Shown: positions 31,401-40,205 of the stretch, in pieces
How the letters are laid out: each line of letters begins with the position of its first letter
Numbering within the stretch: the first letter of the stretch is position 1
Origin: Verrucomicrobiota bacterium
Lineage (GTDB): Bacteria > Verrucomicrobiota > Verrucomicrobiia > Limisphaerales > Palsa-1400
Direction: 5' to 3'
Assembly: GCA_049510745.1 (NCBI GenBank)
Contig: JBEKYR010000045.1
Coordinates: forward strand, 1 to 40,205
Length of the DNA stretch: 40,205 nucleotides
Made by a program: the position numbers and the translations under genes
The notes under the pieces: generated by a model
Database searches by the model: none
Told to the model about the DNA's origin: nothing
The model's input: only the letters and a program-made list of their open reading frames with translations

Positions 31401-32060
31401 GTGAAGAACTTTCCAATAGACTTTTTGGCAGATTACGACGACGCCTCCATTTTGGCAGAGTTGAAGCGATTGGCAGGGATTCGCGGTTCTGACACTGTTA
31501 CGGTGGCTGATATCGACGCGCACGGCCGCATCAGTTATCCGCTCGTCGTAAAGCGGTTTGGTTCATTGCGGCAGGCATTGCAGATGGCTCATTTGACGCC
31601 GACGCGATTCATGAAGGCTACGGATGATGAGTTGTTGGCGGTCATTGTTGAGCTTTGGGAGAGGACGTTAGCGAGCGAGGGCCGGACGCCTCAAAGGAAG
31701 GATTTGAAGGCCTACAAGATGCCGGTGTCCGGGGATACCGTCATTCGCAGATTCGGGACGTGGCGGAAGGCGCTTCTGGCGGCACACGCGTCCGTCACAT
31801 AGGGTTCCTTACCAGAGGAGTCGGTTATACTTCCCACGTCTCCGGCTCACCAGATTCGGAAGCCGTTGTCGGTGCGAAAGCGGTTTTTCGTGATGAAGCG
31901 TGATGGTTTCGCATGTGTGCGGTGCAGCGCTTCCGGGCGTGGAGTTCGCCTTGAGGTTCACCATCGCACACCCTTTGCTCAAGGAGGTTCTGACGCCCTT
32001 GATAATCTTGAGACACTTTGCTTTGAATGTAACCGAGGACAGCGTGATGACGTGGTCTAA
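31401..32060 (+). pseudogene. Homing-endonuclease-associated repeat (x2) + HNH endonuclease, split by an in-frame TAG at 31800-31802
   Basis: Two repeats (D..IL.EL.RL...V.KRFGS...AL and D.ELL......RRFGTW.KAL). In the same frame after TAG: RKPLSVRKRF.V..RDGFAC..C.....LEVHH..PFAQGGSD..DNL.TLC..CN. Confidence 0.82.
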
Positions 32061-32078
32061 TAAATGCGTTAGGGACTT

Positions 32079-32990
32079 ATGCTGAAGATCGACAATCGAG
32101 TTGCTTCAGATATGGCGGTGACAAAACGCCAATCGCTCTATTTAGCCGGCGCACTGCCACCGAATGGATGGCGTCATCTGCTTGTGCAGGGTTTCTCAGA
32201 TGAACCGATTTCTGCGGATGAATTTCGTGTTTTGGATGGAGCTTTATTCGGACGATTTGACTACGTGGGCCCGTTCCCCGTTATGATCCGAACTGATGAA
32301 TATGAAATTCCGGATAAATTTGAGCATGATAAAAGGACTTGGAATCTCCGCCGTTTAGCGCTCGACAGGGCAGATGTAGTATTTGGCTGGATTGAGTCGA
32401 ATGAGGCGTACGCAACAATCGCAGAACTCGCTTACGCCCCCGGGAAGGGAAAGCTGGTTCGCTATGCTCTTTCAGCCGAACTGGGTCGCTTGGGACCGAA
32501 TGGAAACAGACGACTGTTCCCTGAAATATGGCGAACGTTCAGTATGTTCGATTGTGGAATTGATCTGTGTTTATCACCACGGATGGCCTTCGCACGGTTA
32601 TTTAGTCTCCCACAGGCTGATATTTGCAACGTGCCTGAGCAAAGTGCTGTTTATTTTATCGAGAACAACAACACTGAGCGTATCAAGATCGGGGTCTCAA
32701 CTGATCCAGAGAAGCGACGTAGCGAGTTGCAGACCGGGTCAGCGGACCCACTGCGGCTCATCGGTTCAATACCCGGCGGACTGCATCTAGAATCAAAATT
32801 GCATTCAGACTTCGCACATCTTCGACTGCAAGGCGAATGGTTTCACGCTACCCAAGAGTTGCGAGGGTTCATCGAGGTGGAGCTTGGCCTGAGGCAACCT
32901 CAAGTGGGGCCGAATGATCTGGTGCTCGATAGTTGTGGCAACTCCATTGTTCCCATGAACTATGTTCCCAAGCTTTTCAGTCAGGGATGA
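32079..32990 (+). CDS. Nucleoside-deoxyribosyltransferase-like (NDT) domain fused to a T5orf172/MUG113 GIY-YIG nuclease
   Basis: N-terminal LYLAG...ADVVFGWI...YATIAELAYA..KGK. C-terminal VYFI......IKIG.S.DP.KR...LQTG...LE..LH..F...R..GEWF. Confidence 0.75.
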   Translation: MLKIDNRVASDMAVTKRQSLYLAGALPPNGWRHLLVQGFSDEPISADEFRVLDGALFGRFDYVGPFPVMIRTDEYEIPDKFEHDKRTWNLRRLALDRADVVFGWIESNEAYATIAELAYAPGKGKLVRYALSAELGRLGPNGNRRLFPEIWRTFSMFDCGIDLCLSPRMAFARLFSLPQADICNVPEQSAVYFIENNNTERIKIGVSTDPEKRRSELQTGSADPLRLIGSIPGGLHLESKLHSDFAHLRLQGEWFHATQELRGFIEVELGLRQPQVGPNDLVLDSCGNSIVPMNYVPKLFSQG

Positions 32991-33190
32991 GGCTTTCAGA
33001 CAAGGGCGTGATCCGTTCGAGAAAAGTGATGAACTGGCGCAAGCCCCGGTGGTGGCGGCATTGTCCCCAATGATGCGGGGGCAGCAACGGCGCAATCTTG
33101 GGGACAGTGACGACAGGACCAGGCACTTGTCGGGGGGGCTTGTTCGCGGCAACCGCCGTCTCTGGTGCTCCCTTTGACCTCCGACTCGCG

Positions 33191-33733
33191 TGTTCGTCCG
33201 TGTCCGTCCATGTTCGTTCCAAAAAAGACCAAAAAGCGACAAAAAGACTTGCAACTCCATAACTCTGTGTCATATTTCCAACGTGCGAGGACTCGCTCTT
33301 TGACATAAAGCGCAGTCGCCGGGAAACCTCCTGTCCCCTCGTTGCAGGAAAAGCCCCAGGCCTGTGACGGCACTGGATGACGGGTTGTGACGGCCGATGT
33401 GACGGCCTAAGTCCCTTATTATCAACGATTGTGACGGTGTGACGCCTTTTTCGGTCCCAAGGGTGTGCAGATGCATCAATGGCCCCTCACCACCGGTGAA
33501 TCGCGGTAAATCGCGGTAAATCGCGGTAATTTTGCAATTCACCAGAACCACGACCGAAACTCAGAGGAACACGAATCGAACTGAATCGCGGTGAATCGTG
33601 CCAAAAAAAGAAAAATCTCAACCACGATCGATGAACCATACGCCAAAGCCGAAACTCAGAGTCGCTCGCGATTCACGACCGCCGCATGGCCAATCGTGCT
33701 GAATCGTGCCCAATCATGCCCAACCGCGCTCAA
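33191..33733. repeat. Non-coding block of 10-12-bp-period repeat arrays
   Basis: TGTYCGTYC x3 (33191-33220), AAAAAG x3 (33221-33250), about 6 TGTGACGG copies (33363-33445), AATCGCGGT x3 (33499-33527), GAATCG x3 (33573-33602), AATCGTGC-type x4 (33691-33733) and CCGAAACTCAGAG x2. Confidence 0.8.
33249..33305 (+). promoter_or_regulatory. Sigma70-like promoter followed by a boxA-like motif
   Basis: TTGCAA-N16-CATATT (33249-33276), then CGCTCTTTGACA (33294-33305) versus the boxA consensus TGCTCTTTAACA. Confidence 0.4.
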
Positions 33734-33760
33734 GTTGGCATGCAGAATCACCGAATTCCA

Positions 33761-35515
33761 TCAGCGGGCGCGTTTGCGCTGCAATTCGCGCTTGAGCTTG
33801 TCCAGCGGCAACGTGTTGATGACGTCCTTGGCTTCGAGCCAGCCTTTGCGGGCTATGCCGGCGCCAAGACGCAGGTATTGCGCGTGTTCGTTGCGGTGTG
33901 CGTCGCAGTTGATGACGCATTTGACTCCCTTGTCCCTGGCGTAATGCCAGAGCCGCCAATCCATGTCGAACCGGAGCGGGTTGGCGTTCAGTTCGATCCA
34001 CGTGCCGGTGGCGGCGCAGGCCTCGATCACGGCCGTCTGGTTGACTTTATACGGTTCGCGCTCCAGCAGCAGGCGCCCGGTCAGGTGGCCCAGCATGTGG
34101 ACGAAGGGGTTTTGCGCGGCGGCGATCAGGCGTTTGGTCGTTTCGGCCTCGTTTTGCGAAAAGCCCTGGTGAATACTGGCCACGACCACGTCCAATTGCG
34201 CCAAAAGATCGTCATCATAGTCCAGGGCGCCGCCGGAAAGAATATCCACTTCGGAACCTGTCAACAACTGGAAATGGCCGCCGCCCTCCGCCAGCTTGCG
34301 GTTGAGAGCGGCAATTTCCCGGAGCTGGCGGCGGAGGTGTTCGGGGGGCAGCCCGTTGGCCTGGAAGGAGGACTTGGAATGGTCGGTGATGGCCCAGTAG
34401 TCGCAGCCCAGTTCCTGCATGAACACGGCGATTTCCTCCAGCGAACCGCGGCCGTCGCTCCAGTTGGAGTGATTGTGCAGCGAGCCTTTCAACTGGGTCC
34501 ATTCCACCAGGCGGGGCATTTGGTTCTTTTCCGCGGCGGCAAATTCGCCGGCATCCTCGCGCAGTTCGGGCGGGACAAAGGCCAGGCCGAGCTGCTGGAA
34601 AATCTCCTCCTCGGTGCGGCACGGGACCAGCAGGTCGGGATCGCGCGTTTCCACGTCGGATTTGAACAGGCCGTATTCGTTGAGCCGCAAGCCGCGCTGG
34701 ATGGCGCGCTGGCGCATGACGATGTTGTGTTCCTTGCTGCCGGTGAAATAGGCGAGCGCAAACGGAAACTGGGCGTCGCTCACCACGCGCAGATCGGCCT
34801 GGAGGCCGCCGGCCAAAACCACGCTGGCCTTGGTTTCGCCTTTGGCGCTGACGCTCATCACGCCGGGTTGCCCGGTGAAAAAGTCGATGACAGCGGCGGG
34901 GTGTTTGGAGGAAACCAAAAGATCAATGTCGCCAATGACTTCCTTGAAACGCCGCAGGCTGCCCGCCGTGCTGCAACGCACCACGTCGGGATGCGCGCGC
35001 AAATTCTCCAAAATCGGCTCCGCCGCCAGCAGCGCATCGGAAAGCAGGTGACGCGAGGCGTATTGCCGCCGGAACTGGATGCCCTCGACAATTTTGGCCT
35101 GCGTCTTTTCCCCGAAACCGTCCAGTTGCGCGACTTGGCCGTCCAGGCACGCCTTCTCCAATTGTGCGATGGTGTCCACCCCCAGCTTGTCATGGAGCGC
35201 CTTGACCTTCTTGGGTCCCAGCCCCGGAATCTGCAGCATTTCCAACAGCCCTGGAGGAATGGAAGCCTTGAGTTCATCGTAATAAGCCAGCCTGCCGGTC
35301 GTGGCCAGCTCGGTGATTTTCTTTTGCAGCGCCTCGCCAATCCCCTTGATTTCACCCAGCCGATTCTCGGCAATAAGCTGGTCGAGCGGTTCACTCAGGC
35401 TTTCCAACGTGCGCGCGGCGTTGGCATAGGCCCGCGTCTTGAAGACGACCTCGCCCTTCAACTCGAGCAACGTTCCGATCTCCGACAGAATGTCCGCGAT
35501 CTGGCCTTTGTCCAT
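33761..35515 (-). CDS. polX: DNA polymerase X / PHP domain protein
   Basis: HhH GIGE and GLGPK, GSLRR..E.IGDIDLL, YFTGSKEHN, and PHP motifs HNHS..SDG, ITDHS and NCDAH. Start placed at ATG 35515. Confidence 0.95.
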   Translation of the reverse strand: MDKGQIADILSEIGTLLELKGEVVFKTRAYANAARTLESLSEPLDQLIAENRLGEIKGIGEALQKKITELATTGRLAYYDELKASIPPGLLEMLQIPGLGPKKVKALHDKLGVDTIAQLEKACLDGQVAQLDGFGEKTQAKIVEGIQFRRQYASRHLLSDALLAAEPILENLRAHPDVVRCSTAGSLRRFKEVIGDIDLLVSSKHPAAVIDFFTGQPGVMSVSAKGETKASVVLAGGLQADLRVVSDAQFPFALAYFTGSKEHNIVMRQRAIQRGLRLNEYGLFKSDVETRDPDLLVPCRTEEEIFQQLGLAFVPPELREDAGEFAAAEKNQMPRLVEWTQLKGSLHNHSNWSDGRGSLEEIAVFMQELGCDYWAITDHSKSSFQANGLPPEHLRRQLREIAALNRKLAEGGGHFQLLTGSEVDILSGGALDYDDDLLAQLDVVVASIHQGFSQNEAETTKRLIAAAQNPFVHMLGHLTGRLLLEREPYKVNQTAVIEACAATGTWIELNANPLRFDMDWRLWHYARDKGVKCVINCDAHRNEHAQYLRLGAGIARKGWLEAKDVINTLPLDKLKRELQRKRAR

Positions 35516-35625
35516 GATCGGAATATGGCGTTCCACGCGCAAAGAGCAAAGCGGAAAACGACCGATTCACGGATCAGGACGTGACCGCGCTCCTCGTCAT
35601 TCGGTCGAGCGTTTTGTTGGGCTTT

Positions 35626-36195
35626 TCAACCATTCTCGGCCACGGCCACGCTAATCTTCCAGCCCGTAAGTTCTGAAAACAGAACTGTCATTTCTGAAGC
35701 CCACTGAACCATTTGGTCCCGATTGCGCCACATCACAAAAGAAATCCACTGTGCCGGGTGAATCGTGACCACCGCTTGCCGGGCGCCGGAATCAAGAACC
35801 ACTTGCGCGGGCCAGGGAAAGGCGGTTTCGATGAATGCTTCCGGGGACGGCTGCCACAGATGGATGGTTGCGTATTCGCCGCGCAGGTCCGCAAAGAGAG
35901 CGTTCAGCCGCTCCCCTCGCCCCAATGAGAACGCCTGCACGGCTGAAACCTTCGGATCGTGAGAACGAACAACCAGGAGACACCGATGGCCGACGATCCG
36001 AGCCATAGAAACGATTTCCACGGTGCCGGCCGCAACCTCGGGAAAATATCTGCGAAATACTTGCCGAATCTCTTCGTTTGTGCGCAATGGTTGGCGAATT
36101 TCGTTTCCTTTCAGCGCTTCGAGCTTCAGGAAATCACCCAAGTCCTTGCAGCCTTCCGGCAGCAGATAATCGCGTTTGCTGTAGTCGTAGTTCAT
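35626..36195 (-). CDS. Stand-alone NusA KH1-KH2-like protein with an N-terminal RDYLLPEGCKDL motif
   Basis: F...FPEVAAGTVEIVSMAR..G.R....VRS.DP.V..V......G.R...L...L.GE...I..W...P..FI..A...SELTGWKI.V mirrors the NusA KH region. No NusA NTD or S1 domain. Confidence 0.72.
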   Translation of the reverse strand: MNYDYSKRDYLLPEGCKDLGDFLKLEALKGNEIRQPLRTNEEIRQVFRRYFPEVAAGTVEIVSMARIVGHRCLLVVRSHDPKVSAVQAFSLGRGERLNALFADLRGEYATIHLWQPSPEAFIETAFPWPAQVVLDSGARQAVVTIHPAQWISFVMWRNRDQMVQWASEMTVLFSELTGWKISVAVAENG

Positions 36196-36281
36196 TTCAG
36201 ATCGGTCGTATATCAACAATTTTATCCCCAACGTGGGGAAAGAAAAGTGAGTTTTTCCTTTTTTGAATGGCGGTCTTTGAC

Positions 36282-36386
36282 TCCTGCTCCTAATCTTAAT
36301 CTTGCTCTTAATCGTAATCCTCTTTCCGAGGGAAAGGCGGGGATTAAGATTAAGATTAAGATTACGAAGGTTAAGATTAGGAACGG
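36282..36386. repeat. Inverted hexamer arrays (TAATCT)n ... (GATTAA)n forming a long imperfect hairpin
   Basis: Left arm 36282-36320 and right arm 36341-36386, between the divergent NusA-like and thiD genes. Confidence 0.8.
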
Positions 36387-36398
36387 ATACTCAAGAAA

Positions 36399-37187
36399 AT
36401 GCGCGCGCCCAACATGCCAGTGGCCCTGACCATCGCCGGCTCGGACAGCGGCGGCGAGGCGGGCGTCCAGGCGGATTTGAAAACCTTCGCCGCGCTCAAG
36501 GTGCATGGGGCCAGCGCGATTACGTGTGTCACGGCGCAAAACCGAAAATCCGTGGCGCGAATCGAGCCGTGTTCCCCCGCGATGGTGCGGGCGCAAATCG
36601 AGGCGGTGGCAGGTGCCATGCCCCTGGCGTCGGCAAAGACGGGGATGCTGTATTCGGCGGCGATCGTGCGGGAAGTGGCCGCCTTTATCAAACGGACGCC
36701 CTCCCTGCCGCTGGTGGTGGACCCTGTGATGATGTCGAGCAGCGGGCGGCGGTTGCTGCAATCGGACGGGCTGGCGGCGCTGCAACGCGATCTGCTGCCC
36801 CTGGCCGCGCTCGTCACGCCCAATGTTGCGGAAGCGGAGATTCTGATCGGGAGCAAAATCGCCACAGTGCAGGAGCTTCGCGCCGCCGCCGGGACGATTT
36901 ACCGGCGGTTCGGCTGCGCGGCATTGGTCAAAGGCGGGCATTTGGCGGGGACGAGCGAGGCGGTGGATTTTCTTTACAGCGGCCGGGGAGAATGGATGTT
37001 GGCGGCGCCGCGCGCCAAGGGGAGCGGCTGGCACGGCACCGGCTGCGCTTTTTCGGCGGCGATTGCGGCCTGGCTGGCCCGCGGGCGTTCCTTGGAGAAG
37101 TCGGTGGAACTGGCCAAGAAATACATTACCCGGGCGATCTACGCATCCAGGCAATTGCGGACGGTTTTGGCCAGGGTGTCGGGATGA
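36399..37187 (+). CDS. thiD: Hydroxymethylpyrimidine/phosphomethylpyrimidine kinase
   Basis: ALTIAGSDSGGEAGVQADLKTF, KTGML, VVDPVM, TPNVAEA, KGGH and HGTGC. The start may be 36414. Confidence 0.93.
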   Translation: MRAPNMPVALTIAGSDSGGEAGVQADLKTFAALKVHGASAITCVTAQNRKSVARIEPCSPAMVRAQIEAVAGAMPLASAKTGMLYSAAIVREVAAFIKRTPSLPLVVDPVMMSSSGRRLLQSDGLAALQRDLLPLAALVTPNVAEAEILIGSKIATVQELRAAAGTIYRRFGCAALVKGGHLAGTSEAVDFLYSGRGEWMLAAPRAKGSGWHGTGCAFSAAIAAWLARGRSLEKSVELAKKYITRAIYASRQLRTVLARVSG

Positions 37188-40100
37188 TAGGGCTTGGGCA
37201 GAAAATTGAGGCCCTCGTGCAAGACGCCGTCGCGGCCCAAAAGATCGACGCTGTAGCCGCTGGTGTAAATGACTTTGAGGCCCGGTTTTTCCCGTTGCAG
37301 TTGCCCGGCCAGTTCCCAGCCGGAAACCCCCTCGGGCATCATCATGTCTGTCAACAAAAGATCGATTTCCCCGGCCTTTTCCCGCCAGATGCGCAGGGCG
37401 TCCTTGCCGTGGACGGCTTCCAGGACCCGGTAGCCGTAGTATTCGAGCAAACTGGAGACCAGCAGCCGCAGGTTCGTTTCGTCCTCCACCAGCAGGATCA
37501 TTTCATGGCCGCGCGGAGGCGGGCTGGGAGCGCGGTCGAGGGCCTCGGTCTTGGCGGCCTCGGCGCACAAGGGCAGGTAGAGACTGAAGAGAGTGCCGCT
37601 GCCCACGGCGCTGGAAACCTCAATCCAGCCCCCGTGCTGCTGGACAATGCCGTAGGCGGTGGCCAGACCGAGGCCGGTGCCTTTGCCGGCCTCTTTGGTG
37701 GTAAAGAACGGCTCGAAGATGCGGTTGAGGGTCGCCTCATCCATCCCGGTCCCGGTGTCGGCCACCGTCAGGCAGGCGAAGCGGCCCTCGCGCGCTTCGG
37801 GGTGTTGCGGCGCGCCGGCGACGCCGAATTCCATGGTATCCGTCGCCACGCGCAACTGGCCGCCGCCGGGCATGGCGTCGCGGGCGTTGAGGGCCAGGTT
37901 GACGATGGTCTGCTCGATCATGCCGACGTCGGCGTTAATGGGAAGGACCGCGGGCGCGTACTGGAGTTGCAGAGCGATGTTCTCGCCCAGCAACCGTTGC
38001 AGCATGTCGGCGGTGCCGCGGACGATTTCGTTCAAATCGCGCCGCCGCACCTGCATCACCTGTTTGCGGCTGAAGGTGAGCAAATGTTTGGTCAGCGTTC
38101 CGGCCTGGTCGGCCGCAGCCGCGACCTGCTCCAGCGGTTTGCGGAAATTCTCGGGCAACTCCGCCTTCGAGAGCAGCAGATCGACATGCCCCTGGATGAT
38201 GGTCAGGACGTTGTTGAAATCATGCGCCACACCGGCGGCCAGTTGCCCGACGGCCTCCATTTTTTGGGATTGACGCAATTGCGCCTCCAGGTTGAGCCGC
38301 TCGGTCATGTCGTGAAGAATGCTGAGAATGACCGTCTCGCCGGAGAAATCGAGCCGCTCGGCCGCCAGGAGCACGTCATGCAACGCGCCGTCCTTGGCGC
38401 GCAAGCGGCAGGCAAAGTCCCGCACGCCCTTGGTCTTATGGAGTTGTTCGAGCATGCGCAGGCGTTCCTCCGGTTCGGCCCACACGCCCAATTCCAGCGT
38501 GGTCCGCCCCAGCATTTCCTGGCGCTGAAAGCCGAAGAGCCGGAGCAGGCTCTCGTTGGCGTCAAGATAGACTCCCTGCTCCAAAGTGGTCAGGGCCATG
38601 GGGACGGGGCTGGAGCGGAAGGCCTTGGAGAAACGCTCCTCCGAGCGCCGCAACGATTGTTCGACCTCAATCCGCTCCAGGGTGGCGGAGCAAAAGTCGG
38701 CCAGGGTTTGCAGCACTCCCACGTCGGCCTGCTGGTAGGCGTTTTCCTTGTCACTTTGGACGGAAAGCGCTCCGATGACCTTGGGCCCGCTGTGGATCGG
38801 GGCAAAGAGCCGCGAGGCGGTGGGACGCGAGCGCGCGCCAAAGGGGACAAAGGCGGGCTGTGAAGGCGGCACCGGCCCCTGCACCAACTCGGCGCCGTGC
38901 TCGATGATGCGCTTGTCGCGCGCGGAAATTTCGCGGTAAACCCCGAAGACCTGGGTGCGCTTTCCCCCGACGTTGTCAAATAAAAGAACGGGCACGGTGT
39001 AGCGTTGGTCGGGCGTGTAGAGATAGAGATAGGCGGCGTCCCAGCCCAGCAGGCGGTCGGCGGCGTCCAGGACGGCCTGGGCCGCGGCCGTGGCGGTGGT
39101 GGCGGCGCTCAACTCCTGGCCCAGGCGGGAAAGGTTGCGCGCGCGCAACTCGGCCTGCCGCCGCTCGGCGATTTCCGATTCCAGCCGGGCCACCGCCTCG
39201 GACAACTGGGCGGTGCGCTCCTCGATCTTTCTTCTTTGCTCCTCCTCCGCCTGGCGCAGGCGGGCGTTGGCCTCGGTCAGTTGCCCGGTCCGCTGGGCCA
39301 CGCGGGCTTCCAACTCGTCATGGGCGCGCTGCAGTTCCTGGCGGGTGCGGATGCGTTCCAACGCCCCGCCGCAGTGGTCAGCCAGCGTCTGCAACGAGGC
39401 GAGCTTGGACTCGTCATAAAACTGCGCCGTGTAGCTCTGGGCGGACAAGATGCCAATAATGCGGGCGCTGTCGCGGATGGGCACAAACATCAAAGAGGCC
39501 GAGCGGCGGGCCGTGTCGCCAAAAGGAGAGAGGGCGGGCACATCGCCGGCCCCGGCCTGGTCCCGGAGCACCAACTTGGCGCCGTGCTCGACAATCTCCC
39601 GCGTTAGGGACGTCGGTTTGCCCGCCGGATAATCGCCGGGCACGTCCACGCGGCGTCCCTCGACGGTGTCGATATTTATGACCAGCTCCATCCGGTCCAG
39701 CTCGGCCGAATAGAGATTGAGGAAGAAGGCGTCCCAACCGAACAAGTCCGCGGTGACGTCGGCGATGATGCGCGCGGCGGCGTCCACGGAGGTTGCGCTG
39801 GCCAGCTTTCGGCCCACTTCGGACAGGGCGCGCTCGCGCCGCAGTTGCGCCCGCAGGGAAACCAACTGGCGGCTGTCCCGCCCTCTGAGCCAAAGCAACC
39901 AAGCCAGGCCGGCCAGAGCGGCCAGGCAAACCACCGCGAACCAGGCGAAGGACAAGCCCGGCGCCGGCCCCTGGGGAACGGCAACCGCCGCAAAACTGAT
40001 CACGGCGGGATCATGAAACCTTTTAGGAAACCCTCGGACGCGCGGCAGCGCGTCCCTACCAGATTTCGGGTGGTAGGGACGCGCTGCCGCGCGTCCGGGG

Positions 40101-40189
40101 CGCAGAGGGGTCTTCATGAGCCAGTCGGGCGGGCCGGCGGGCACATCTCGGTTTTTGGACCTCCTGCGACCCTGTCCGATCCCTGCCAA
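37139..40189 (-). CDS. Hybrid sensor histidine kinase (TM-GAF-GAF-PAS-HisKA-HATPase-REC)
   Basis: [45 protein letters not shown] and receiver LLVEDE...TDMMMP...KP. Start uncertain: GTG 40003 is plausible and the frame stays open to the window edge. Confidence 0.92.
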   Translation of the reverse strand: MAGIGQGRRRSKNRDVPAGPPDWLMKTPLRPGRAAARPYHPKSGRDALPRVRGFPKRFHDPAVISFAAVAVPQGPAPGLSFAWFAVVCLAALAGLAWLLWLRGRDSRQLVSLRAQLRRERALSEVGRKLASATSVDAAARIIADVTADLFGWDAFFLNLYSAELDRMELVINIDTVEGRRVDVPGDYPAGKPTSLTREIVEHGAKLVLRDQAGAGDVPALSPFGDTARRSASLMFVPIRDSARIIGILSAQSYTAQFYDESKLASLQTLADHCGGALERIRTRQELQRAHDELEARVAQRTGQLTEANARLRQAEEEQRRKIEERTAQLSEAVARLESEIAERRQAELRARNLSRLGQELSAATTATAAAQAVLDAADRLLGWDAAYLYLYTPDQRYTVPVLLFDNVGGKRTQVFGVYREISARDKRIIEHGAELVQGPVPPSQPAFVPFGARSRPTASRLFAPIHSGPKVIGALSVQSDKENAYQQADVGVLQTLADFCSATLERIEVEQSLRRSEERFSKAFRSSPVPMALTTLEQGVYLDANESLLRLFGFQRQEMLGRTTLELGVWAEPEERLRMLEQLHKTKGVRDFACRLRAKDGALHDVLLAAERLDFSGETVILSILHDMTERLNLEAQLRQSQKMEAVGQLAAGVAHDFNNVLTIIQGHVDLLLSKAELPENFRKPLEQVAAAADQAGTLTKHLLTFSRKQVMQVRRRDLNEIVRGTADMLQRLLGENIALQLQYAPAVLPINADVGMIEQTIVNLALNARDAMPGGGQLRVATDTMEFGVAGAPQHPEAREGRFACLTVADTGTGMDEATLNRIFEPFFTTKEAGKGTGLGLATAYGIVQQHGGWIEVSSAVGSGTLFSLYLPLCAEAAKTEALDRAPSPPPRGHEMILLVEDETNLRLLVSSLLEYYGYRVLEAVHGKDALRIWREKAGEIDLLLTDMMMPEGVSGWELAGQLQREKPGLKVIYTSGYSVDLLGRDGVLHEGLNFLPKPYHPDTLAKTVRNCLDA
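40011..40119. repeat. REP doublet (REPIN-like, GTAG-type) inside a TCATGAA...TTCATGA wrapper
   Basis: Perfect 27-bp inverted repeat at 40035-40061 / 40071-40097 (TGGTAGGGACGCGCTGCCGCGCGTCCG). Each arm is itself palindromic. Confidence 0.8.
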
Positions 40190-40205
40190 AAACTGAGCTG
40201 CGCGC

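Noticed and set aside
33191..33733. Repeat arrays as a CRISPR array
   Set aside because: Units are 8-13 bp and mostly contiguous, with no 25-45-bp repeats separated by unique spacers and no cas genes.
28900..33750. Accessory island as a prophage
   Set aside because: Bro-N, HNH and GIY-YIG genes are present, but there are no integrase, structural or packaging genes.
35626..36231. Calling this gene nusA
   Set aside because: It lacks the NTD and S1 domains, has degenerate KH loops and is in the wrong genomic context.

Overview
GC-rich bacterial chromosome segment, most likely Verrucomicrobiota (Pedosphaera/Limisphaera-like). The taxonomy is inferred from a planctomycete-type cytochrome c domain, an H-X9-DG prepilin-like protein, a Tat-exported Gfo/Idh/MocA enzyme and a characteristic C-terminal ...TNL..W...(F/Y)RL domain. 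Housekeeping genes include rimO, a ferredoxin, icd, a Ski2-like helicase, an RNB ribonuclease, metH, PolX-PHP and thiD. Surface and secretion genes include a BspA LRR protein, GspG, a prepilin-ABC operon and a GH78 rhamnosidase. There are also three type II toxin-antitoxin pairs and a hybrid histidine kinase. An accessory island at about 28.9-33.75 kb holds the two extreme ends of a deleted type III R-M system around an intact Bro-N gene, a Phd/PIN pair, an HNH nuclease split by one in-frame TAG, and an unusual NDT-like N-glycosidase + GIY-YIG fusion. It ends in a non-coding block with a promoter, a boxA-like motif and 10-bp-period repeat arrays; a stand-alone NusA-KH paralog lies just beyond PolX. 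Intergenic DNA carries many small elements: an IS66-like MITE with an 8-bp target duplication, a 103-bp direct repeat pair, REPs nested inside inverted-repeat wrappers, and 6/7/9/10-bp tandem arrays. No rRNA, tRNA, CRISPR array, integrase or transposase was recognised. All protein calls come from motif recognition by eye, not database searches.
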